Assembly (NCBI GenBank): GCA_016933575.1
Contig: JAFGAR010000064.1
Coordinates: forward strand, 116,902-180,901
Source of the DNA: Candidatus Thorarchaeota archaeon
GTDB lineage: Archaea; Asgardarchaeota; Thorarchaeia; Thorarchaeales; Thorarchaeaceae
Direction of reading: 5' to 3'
DNA length: 64,000 nucleotides
Shown: in pieces, positions 56,707-64,000 of the stretch
How positions within the stretch are numbered: position 1 is the stretch's first letter
How the letters are laid out: each line of letters opens with the position of its first letter
The notes under the pieces: generated by a model
Seen by the model: the letters and a program-made list of their open reading frames with translations, nothing else
The model's database searches: none
What the model was told of the DNA's origin: nothing
Translations under genes and position numbers: made by a program

Positions 56707-56758
56707 ATTAATCGAAAACATGTACCGAAAACAGAGAAATAAGGTGTGTTGATGACTG

Positions 56759-59584
56759 TTATTTGGTCAATCTACACATCTTGATCTCTCTTGCACCGAA
56801 CAAGAGCTTAGCAGTCTGACCCTTGAGAGAAAGGTCCTTAGTTACGCACTTGTCCACTTTCACTTCGGATACTCCCTTGATGTATTCTGCGAAATGAATC
56901 TCTGTTTCGATATCTTTGTTTTGCAGATTATAGAGAGTTACTAAAATTGAATCGTCATGAACCCTCATCGAAGAGATTCTTATCGCTGGTTCAGTAAGGT
57001 GGATAATAGGCTCAAAAAGTCTGTCTGGAATTTGAGAGTGGCTGAGGGTGATCGTCTTTGTTGAGTCTTGAAACGTATCAGCGTGGTCTGCACTATATGA
57101 TATTGGTTCATCCTTGGTATGCAAAAGGAATCCATAGTGAAATTGGTATTCCTGATTCATCTCTTGAGCTCCTGGTGTCTCCTCTCCTGGACCAGCATGC
57201 ATAGGTCTCTCAGGCAAGTCAGAACGTGACAACCACCCAATGCAGCGAAGTAGTGTTAGTGCTACACAATTTCCATTAACAAGTTCCACTTCAGGCAATC
57301 CTCTATTCATGATAGTTATTGCATCTGGTCCATCTTTATCATCAACTCGAATGAATGCCTTCTGGGGTTGTATACCAGTGGGTTGCTCAGGGTATTCTGC
57401 ATTTCTCTTCTCTCTCTCTTCAGCAGCTGGTATGGTTTCTGGAAATGCTGAACGTGTGATACATCCAAAATGCGTTGATGTTAATGTAGTGTTAGATTCA
57501 AATGGCAAGCTAAAACATATTCTAAGTCGATGGTCCTTTGCTATATTTGTCAAACAAGTTGTGACCTCAATTCTTGGACTATCACGATAGAACCTGAACA
57601 CAGAGTGAACTGGTACCTCGACTTTTCCGGAGCGCTTTTCTCTTGATGGATCCAATGACTCGTATAGTTCAAGTACAAGTGTCTGAGCTATCTCTGCTAC
57701 AACAGGACCTGCTGTTATGACACTACGCTTGACATTCTTCACGATTGCCTTTTTTGGTTCCACCCTACTGAAGGTGTACTCATCTCCACGGTCACCATAA
57801 TCCTCAAACATATGGAGTCGTTGATATGTGGTTCCATTGTTTTTGTTTGTGATGTTCAGACTTCCATCCTTGTTGAACGCAATTAAGTAGTAACTATTTT
57901 CGATATGATTCTCATTTGCAACAAGGCTATCTTCAGGAGCTGATCTAGCAGCTTCCTCAACTGGTGTGAGTTTTGAGAAAGCCCAAGGCTTTAATGGTAC
58001 AACTGATGCGTATACGCTCTGAGTAGGGCGAGCAGCTATGAGATGGATCTTCTTGTACTTCTTACTGCTGATGATCTCATTAGCCTGTTTTTTGAGGTCC
58101 TCAATATCAAAATCACCAATCAGATGTCTATCAGCAATGAACCTGAGCTCCAACACACCCGGTTCAACACCGTCAAAATACTCTACTCCGTTGATGTAGA
58201 AATCCATGAGCTTTCTTCCAGGGAGGAGTCTCATACCCATCTTTGCAGTTGTCATTCCAATCGTTGTGTCCATGAAGACATCCTCTTTGGATGTGAGGAG
58301 CTGGATGTCGTATATCTGTCCTTCATCCGTACGGAGTCCTTTGACTGGTTTCTCTCTTGGATGAGTGAATTCGATATAGGTATGTATTGGAGAGCTACCA
58401 CCAGCATTGAAGACAATAACTGATGTTTCTTGAGATGCTGCTTCAACTCTGAGGATTTGCTCCTCAGCCTCTTTCATTAGACCATCACAAATAGACTCTG
58501 CCCATGAGAATCGGGCTTTCATCTCTTCGTGGGTCTTGTCAACAGAACAGCCGCATATAGAGTCATGTGGTTGATTGCGGAGCAGCCACTTCCAAGATGT
58601 CTTCAAAAAGCTGTATGGATATTCTAATCCTAGAGTGGATGTTAGATAAGTCCAGATTGGCTCAACTTCTCGAGTTAACATGTTCTCGATTTTCTGGTTC
58701 CATTGTTTAATCCACATTCTGGCTGAGTATGTGTCTTGAAGAAGAGGGGCACGAGCTGGAGACCTAAATTCTCCTGTGTGGACTGGGCGGTTGTAGTCTG
58801 CTTCAATAAGCAAATTGTCCAGTTCATTGATGAAATCTCTGAGGTGTGTCACTGAGATCTCAAAGTCCTCTCTACTCATTCTCTTTGCATATTCTTTTGC
58901 AATTGGTTGTGGAAATCTGTGGTCTGACCCGTTCATGAGAAGATAGATGGGGACTGGTGAGAAAGGCTCGAGTTCACCAATTTTATCATTAACTGCTCTT
59001 ACAAACTCCTCATAGTCCTCTGGAAGCATAGATGCATTTCCGTAACCCAGGGGGAGATAGATCCCATTTATCGAGCATGATGAGCTCTCATGAGACTTCC
59101 AGGTGAAGGGAACCGTTGTCACACTCGATGGCACGCCACGCCATAATACTACATTCCTTAATTTTGTCAAATCAGCAAGAATCTGTGGAATTGCACTTGT
59201 GTGACCAAACTGGTCGGGGAGATAGGCTATGTCCATGAGAGGTATCTTGAAATCGGTGGCTATATTCTGACCGAACTCAAGGTTACGAAGAAGACTTTCT
59301 CCTCCTACTAGCCACTCATCAGGCAGGAGATACCATGGTCCAACTGATATCTTTCCCTCCTGAATCCGTTTAATTAGTTCATCCCTTCTCTCAGGACGAA
59401 TTTCCATATAGTCTTCAAGAACCACAGTTTGCCCATCCAGCATGAAGACATAGTCTTGTTCATCAAGTATTCGAAGAATCTCGTCGATAAGTTTGACCAG
59501 CGTGAATCTGAATCTCTGGAATGGAAGGTACCATTCCCTGTCCCAATGTGTATGAGGTACAATGAAGACTTTCTTGGTAACCAT
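56759..59584 (-). CDS. Glycoside hydrolase family 38 alpha-mannosidase (mannosylglycerate hydrolase-like)
   Basis: HTHWDREWY, LDGQ, GPWYLLPDEWL, YLPDQFGH, NGSDH, NQPHDSICGCSVD, LTLLRCIG. Confidence 0.93.
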   Translation of the reverse strand: MVTKKVFIVPHTHWDREWYLPFQRFRFTLVKLIDEILRILDEQDYVFMLDGQTVVLEDYMEIRPERRDELIKRIQEGKISVGPWYLLPDEWLVGGESLLRNLEFGQNIATDFKIPLMDIAYLPDQFGHTSAIPQILADLTKLRNVVLWRGVPSSVTTVPFTWKSHESSSCSINGIYLPLGYGNASMLPEDYEEFVRAVNDKIGELEPFSPVPIYLLMNGSDHRFPQPIAKEYAKRMSREDFEISVTHLRDFINELDNLLIEADYNRPVHTGEFRSPARAPLLQDTYSARMWIKQWNQKIENMLTREVEPIWTYLTSTLGLEYPYSFLKTSWKWLLRNQPHDSICGCSVDKTHEEMKARFSWAESICDGLMKEAEEQILRVEAASQETSVIVFNAGGSSPIHTYIEFTHPREKPVKGLRTDEGQIYDIQLLTSKEDVFMDTTIGMTTAKMGMRLLPGRKLMDFYINGVEYFDGVEPGVLELRFIADRHLIGDFDIEDLKKQANEIISSKKYKKIHLIAARPTQSVYASVVPLKPWAFSKLTPVEEAARSAPEDSLVANENHIENSYYLIAFNKDGSLNITNKNNGTTYQRLHMFEDYGDRGDEYTFSRVEPKKAIVKNVKRSVITAGPVVAEIAQTLVLELYESLDPSREKRSGKVEVPVHSVFRFYRDSPRIEVTTCLTNIAKDHRLRICFSLPFESNTTLTSTHFGCITRSAFPETIPAAEEREKRNAEYPEQPTGIQPQKAFIRVDDKDGPDAITIMNRGLPEVELVNGNCVALTLLRCIGWLSRSDLPERPMHAGPGEETPGAQEMNQEYQFHYGFLLHTKDEPISYSADHADTFQDSTKTITLSHSQIPDRLFEPIIHLTEPAIRISSMRVHDDSILVTLYNLQNKDIETEIHFAEYIKGVSEVKVDKCVTKDLSLKGQTAKLLFGAREIKMCRLTK

Positions 59585-59657
59585 GATTATCACTTGATCT
59601 AGCTATATGGCATTAATCTAAAATAATGTGACTTTCAGAAAAGGATTGCGTGATAAA

Positions 59658-60485
59658 TCATTCAAGCCCAAATCCTGTTTGCATCAACTCTAAGAGTCTA
59701 GCAACAAATCTTGTGGCAGGAGCTCCATAAGATATCTCCTCATCAAACATGACAGTCAGATTAAGAAATTCACCGATATCACTTGGATTCATCGGATCTC
59801 TTAATTTCTTTGAAATGCCCCCCAATGCAAACACAGCAGGGTGCATACCAACAGGGATCGCATAGCCACCACCTTTTCCGAACATACCTATGGCTGTAAC
59901 TCCAACTGTACCCATCAGCTTTTTCCTCAAGAAGGGATCTGATCTAAATTTCCTCCAGAATAGCCTACGCAACGGACCGGGCAAAGAACGAAGTCTACTG
60001 CCCGATGAAGATTTTCTCTTTCCTGTAACAATACTATCTCCAGAATCAGCTTTCTGAGCATGACGGATTTCATCATGAATTTGTCTGAAGCTTTTTTCAT
60101 TTGCCCTTCGTACACAATACTGAGTTGGTATTTTTCCAACTTTTGTTTGTTTTTCCACAATCATACCTACATCAACATCATTGAATATGATGAGTTTCTT
60201 TTTTCCTTTCCTAAGAGCCTGAACCTCTATATGTTCACTAACAGCTTGTCCAATGCACCTAATGACCCAAGCTGTGAAAGACATTTTCTCTCCTGTTCGT
60301 TTTTCAACCTCTGATATGAATATGCGAGCTTTTGTGACATCGACTTCAATGAGACCATAAATACGATGTTTAGGAGCCAAGTTGTTAAGAAGTTCAATAG
60401 GTAAAGTGAATCTGTGCGTTACTTCCCGAAAAGAATTGGAACTTTCTCCTTTAGTTGTTTGGTCTGAATCTTGAGTTTCTGACAT
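59658..60485 (-). CDS. Stand-alone 2-oxoacid dehydrogenase E2 catalytic-domain homolog, apparently lacking the catalytic His
   Basis: EVDVT, SFTAWVIRC, VDVGMIVE, GTVGVTAIGMFG; FDEEISYGAPA in place of DHRxxDGA. Confidence 0.8.
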   Translation of the reverse strand: MSETQDSDQTTKGESSNSFREVTHRFTLPIELLNNLAPKHRIYGLIEVDVTKARIFISEVEKRTGEKMSFTAWVIRCIGQAVSEHIEVQALRKGKKKLIIFNDVDVGMIVEKQTKVGKIPTQYCVRRANEKSFRQIHDEIRHAQKADSGDSIVTGKRKSSSGSRLRSLPGPLRRLFWRKFRSDPFLRKKLMGTVGVTAIGMFGKGGGYAIPVGMHPAVFALGGISKKLRDPMNPSDIGEFLNLTVMFDEEISYGAPATRFVARLLELMQTGFGLE

Positions 60486-60629
60486 TGAGAACAATCTCCG
60501 TTTCTGGAAATAGAATGCTTGAATGCTCAAATACTTCCTTTTTGTAGGTGTAATATCATTACTAAAAGAGGTATTAAATATACCATTACATATTATGTCA
60601 GATAGAACTGTCGTGTGGACTGAAAAGAA

Positions 60630-61832
60630 TTGATAGAGGAAAACATGATTTCAGGTTTTGTCAAACCAGAGTTTGAATCTGTTAGAGATGCCTTTATTGA
60701 CAATTTTGAGAAACATGGCGAGTTAGGTGCGGCTTGCTGTGTCTATTATCATGGGGAAAAAGTAGTCGATCTTTGGGGAGGAATCAGGAACGAAACCACT
60801 GGAGATCTTTGGGAAGAGGATACAATGGTACTTGTATGGTCAACTACCAAAGGCTTGTCCGCACTTGCTATGGCTCTTGCTCATTCACAAGGACTGTATG
60901 AATTTGATGATCCAGTTTCAAAGTATTGGCCTGAGTTTGCACAGCAAGGTAAGGAGAAGATCACAATCCGTCAACTGATCGCACATCAAGCTGGACTAAT
61001 TGCACTCGATGAACAAAATGACAAGGACGTCATAGCGGATTTAGACCGTTTATCAGATGTGCTAGCTAAAAAGAAACCAGAATGGGCACCAGGAACACGA
61101 CATGGATACCATGGTCTAACACTTGGTTTCTATCAGAGTGAGCTTCTACGTCGTGTTGATCCAAAGGGCCGCAGTCTAGGACAATTTTTCCAGGAAGAAA
61201 TCGCGACTCCATTAGGTCTTGATTTCTATATTCGCCTTCCCGAAGATATTCCAAATGATAGACTTGCTGTTCATAGGTCTCCAAAATTTGGTCTTTCAGC
61301 AATGCGTTCTGCACCAGTATCTTTTATTCTCGCAGCAATGTATCCAGGATCTACAATCCGTCGCGCCTTGGTTGGAACCGAGTTCTGTCTGGATGAGAAT
61401 CGTATCTATACCCGTAATTTTGAGGTTCCATCTGGAGGCGGTGTGGGAACAGCCCGTGCAATAGCACATGCATATGGTGTTTTTGCTTCTGGTGGAAAGG
61501 AGCTTGGTATACGTGAAGAAACACTCGATGAACTGAAGGCACCACCTATAGAACCATTAAAAGGATATCGAGATGTGGCTTTGAAAATAGACACATGCTA
61601 TTCACTCGGGTTTTCAAGATCATTTCCAAAGGACCCCTTCGGTTCGCCAAGTGCATATGGAATGCCTGGAACAGGTGGTTCATTCGGATTTGCTGATCCA
61701 GAATATCAATTGGGATATGGATATGTTCTCAATGGATTGGGGACATCATTTCCAACAGATCCTAAAAGTGATGCACTATGCGCAGCAATGTATCGCTCAA
61801 TTGGTGTGACCAACCTACAGTGTTCTTCATGA
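60630..61832 (+). CDS. Serine hydrolase, beta-lactamase-like (family VIII esterase)
   Basis: VVDLWGG, STTK (SxxK), HQAGL, PGTRHGYH, GMPGTGGSFGFADP. Confidence 0.9.
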   Translation: MIEENMISGFVKPEFESVRDAFIDNFEKHGELGAACCVYYHGEKVVDLWGGIRNETTGDLWEEDTMVLVWSTTKGLSALAMALAHSQGLYEFDDPVSKYWPEFAQQGKEKITIRQLIAHQAGLIALDEQNDKDVIADLDRLSDVLAKKKPEWAPGTRHGYHGLTLGFYQSELLRRVDPKGRSLGQFFQEEIATPLGLDFYIRLPEDIPNDRLAVHRSPKFGLSAMRSAPVSFILAAMYPGSTIRRALVGTEFCLDENRIYTRNFEVPSGGGVGTARAIAHAYGVFASGGKELGIREETLDELKAPPIEPLKGYRDVALKIDTCYSLGFSRSFPKDPFGSPSAYGMPGTGGSFGFADPEYQLGYGYVLNGLGTSFPTDPKSDALCAAMYRSIGVTNLQCSS

Positions 61833-61858
61833 GGATCTAAAGGTATCAAAAGTAAATA

Positions 61859-62578
61859 CTATTTCTCCTCAAAAATGTCAGACATTATCTTCACAATTTC
61901 CGACTGTGGAATGATCTCACGTGCAACTGTCATGAGAGTCTCTGCTTTCATCCTTCCCTCTGACACCAACTGATACCCCGCTTCTCGTGCAGCTTCGAAG
62001 ACATCGTTCATTGGAATCCCGTGTGGCTCAACTTCGGGAATGATCCACGCGGTCGGTCTGAGAAGAGCCCCTATAAATTCACGATTCAAGTTTAGACTGA
62101 CAGCTTTGACATGTGCGATGAGAGGATCGAAGTTGTCCATCTCTGTAAAACCACTGACGGACACTAATGCAAGTTTACCAGCCTTCACATGAGCTCTAAG
62201 AGGGTGTCGGCAATGGTCATCCCTCAGCTCAAACCTCCCGTGTAATAAGGGAATGCATCTATCTAGGAGAGTCTTGAGAGAACCAGTCATCCCGTCCACA
62301 TAGACAGGAGTAGCAAGAACGACAATATCAGATTCCGCAATCTTGGTCAAGACATCCGCCATATCATCATCTTGGATGCATTTTCCTGGTGTTGCTCCCC
62401 AGCAATTGAAGCAGCCTCTGCAATCTCCGATATTGAGATCACGAGTATAGATTATATCCACATCTGCTCCAGCATCCTCTATTCCTTGAACAAAGAGGGC
62501 TAGGACTCTGCCTGTGTGAGCTCGATCTCTCCTAGGACTGCCATTGATTACTAGTACTTTCAACTTTACATCTTCCAT
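61859..62578 (-). CDS. Flavodoxin-family iron-sulfur flavoprotein / NADPH-dependent FMN reductase
   Basis: INGSPR, CRGCFNCW...C.QDD, ATPVY, KTLLDR. Confidence 0.88.
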   Translation of the reverse strand: MEDVKLKVLVINGSPRRDRAHTGRVLALFVQGIEDAGADVDIIYTRDLNIGDCRGCFNCWGATPGKCIQDDDMADVLTKIAESDIVVLATPVYVDGMTGSLKTLLDRCIPLLHGRFELRDDHCRHPLRAHVKAGKLALVSVSGFTEMDNFDPLIAHVKAVSLNLNREFIGALLRPTAWIIPEVEPHGIPMNDVFEAAREAGYQLVSEGRMKAETLMTVAREIIPQSEIVKIMSDIFEEK

Positions 62579-62653
62579 AACGATACTAAGGCTAAATATT
62601 AATGCTTCTCGATAATAGTAACAAGGAATCAAGTGAAAAAGGGAAAGACTATG

Positions 62654-63172
62654 TCAATGCTTCAGTAATTCTAATACTTGAAAGTGAAGCTGGTTTCGAT
62701 TACTAGTAGTCAGCTCAAAGAGTTTGATATCCTTTCGATACCTTATTTCGTCAAGAAATGGATGCCTTCGTTCCTGAATCGTGCCTAAGACTCTTCTTGT
62801 ATCTAGACACCTCTGGACTTCTTCTTTGAAATTCTGAGAGTACAATTCCATGCTAGCTATCTCATCAATGACGATAATGCGACCGGATTCGCGTGCAAAC
62901 GCCAGTTCTGGTACAATAATAGAATCAATGTCCTCAATGTTGACATGGTAATTACTCACTCTCGGTCCATCTCTGAGATTGACATGAGCAAGAATCCCAC
63001 TCTTCCCTGATATTGTTTCGATACGGAACCCGACTCTATTCCCTCTCTCGCGTATTTCTTCAGACCAGAATCCAGCAACGCTCTCTGATTCCAGCTGGTT
63101 GACTATCTTCTTGATTAGTGTTGTCTTACCTATTTCAGGATGCCCTGTGAGAAGGATGTTCTGTGTCATCAT
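62654..63172 (-). CDS. Nucleoside triphosphatase, THEP1/NTPase_1 family
   Basis: ILLTGHPEIGKTT, GFWSEEIRERGNRVGF, IDEIASME. Confidence 0.9.
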   Translation of the reverse strand: MMTQNILLTGHPEIGKTTLIKKIVNQLESESVAGFWSEEIRERGNRVGFRIETISGKSGILAHVNLRDGPRVSNYHVNIEDIDSIIVPELAFARESGRIIVIDEIASMELYSQNFKEEVQRCLDTRRVLGTIQERRHPFLDEIRYRKDIKLFELTTSNRNQLHFQVLELLKH

Positions 63173-63241
63173 TTTTTCTGAGTCATACTATCTTATCAAT
63201 ACTGTCTAAATCTGTACACTTCAAAATGGAAAAATAAGGAG

Positions 63242-63260
63242 TGGCTGGAAAACCCAGCCA
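63242..63260 (-). terminator. Hairpin after the small membrane-protein gene
   Basis: TGGCTGG-AAAAC-CCAGCCA, 2 nt past the stop, followed by T-rich sequence on the minus strand. Confidence 0.55.
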
Positions 63261-63262
63261 AC

Positions 63263-63628
63263 TTATCGTCTTTGCTCGAAATGGCCTCTTACATTAGGCG
63301 AGATCATATAGACCAATACAATGATGCTCAGTATTGCTCCGGGATAGTTATCTCCTACCAGATAGAGAAAGATCGCAATGACATTGAATATTACTACCAT
63401 CAACCATGCACTATAATCCTGCTTTAGGATCATCGGATAGAGGATGAAGGCAACAACTACTAGAACTAGACCAAAAAGAGTATAGTCGTTAGCATAATCA
63501 AAAGCAAACTCAATTCCGACAACAATCAGACCTGTAATTGCTTCTAATAGGATAAGCCAACCGGCCCATATCACTTCTTTTGGTTTCGACCCAGTGTCAC
63601 CACTGCCTGCTATAGGTATTTCTGACAT
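63263..63628 (-). CDS. Hypothetical four-TM membrane protein
   Basis: GGTGA SD; four hydrophobic helices; YMISPNVRGHF tail. Confidence 0.7.
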   Translation of the reverse strand: MSEIPIAGSGDTGSKPKEVIWAGWLILLEAITGLIVVGIEFAFDYANDYTLFGLVLVVVAFILYPMILKQDYSAWLMVVIFNVIAIFLYLVGDNYPGAILSIIVLVYMISPNVRGHFEQRR

Positions 63629-63960
63629 AATGAATCACCATTGAATCCTTGAGAATATGGCTTGCGTCTAATTACTCTTTCGACTCATAAAATGGATCTT
63701 TCACTATCATGGTGACTGTGTCCTCATCTCACTCTGCTTGGAATAACATTTAAAGAGTATTCAGCGGTTTCTTCCAAGAAATCCTATCTGTTTTAAAAAG
63801 AGAATGACACTGAGCCTCGGCTATAGGCTCCATCAACGACTATGAATTACTCGATGAGTTCAAAATCCTCTTTTGAGATTCTATCTCTACGAAGCATGTA
63901 CACCAGTAGTTTATTAGAAAGCTCTGCGCACTATATGGTGAGTAGGAGATTCGTAGAACA

Positions 63961-64000
63961 ATGACGAGTGCACAGGTTAGTTTTTCGTTTTTACCCTCAA
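63961..64000 (+). CDS. Possible start of a CDS running off the window end
   Basis: AGGAG upstream of ATG 63961; frame open to the window end. Confidence 0.3.
   Translation, partial: MTSAQVSFSFLPS

Noticed and set aside
58000-58300. Apparent insertion in the GH38 middle region (possible intein)
   Set aside because: No intein terminal motifs (C/S start, HN end); variable inserts are usual in this part of GH38 proteins.
60630-61832. Antibiotic-resistance beta-lactamase
   Set aside because: No signal peptide, and motifs match cytoplasmic family VIII esterases.
1-64000. tRNA, rRNA, IS elements, prophage or defence systems
   Set aside because: No cloverleaf, rRNA-like tract, transposase, integrase or defence-gene motifs recognised by eye; tRNAscan/Infernal not run.

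Overview
A gene-dense archaeal window of roughly 40% GC. Gene content and style most resemble Asgard archaea, probably Ca. Thorarchaeota; this is inferred from THEP1-type NTPase, DUF116, DUF362, membrane-anchored OppA proteins rich in N-X-S/T sequons and GGAGG/GGTGA Shine-Dalgarno motifs, and no marker gene is present to confirm it. The window is dominated by peptide scavenging: two complete opp/dpp operons, two orphan and partly degenerate OppD-like ATPases, M20, C45 and amidohydrolase enzymes. It also carries a bacterial-type class I GAPDH, a citrate-synthase-like protein, a GH38 mannosidase with a GPH-type MFS transporter, two acyltransferase-3 proteins, tandem DUF4139/MuiA-family paralogs and an orphan histidine kinase. 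The outstanding element is a 4,836-aa surface protein (37958-52468, minus strand) with two large ectodomains separated by an internal TM helix, a basic loop and a second signal-peptide-like segment. Ectodomain 1 has amphipathic helices, a beta-rich region and about 26 TSP3-like Ca-binding repeats; ectodomain 2 has about 28 FG-GAP repeats and an inserted BNR-like domain. Directly downstream lie a secreted CUB + PPC + caspase/legumain-fold protease and a peptide ABC importer, suggesting a capture-digest-import or adhesion/processing system. No rRNA, tRNA, CRISPR array or transposase was recognised.
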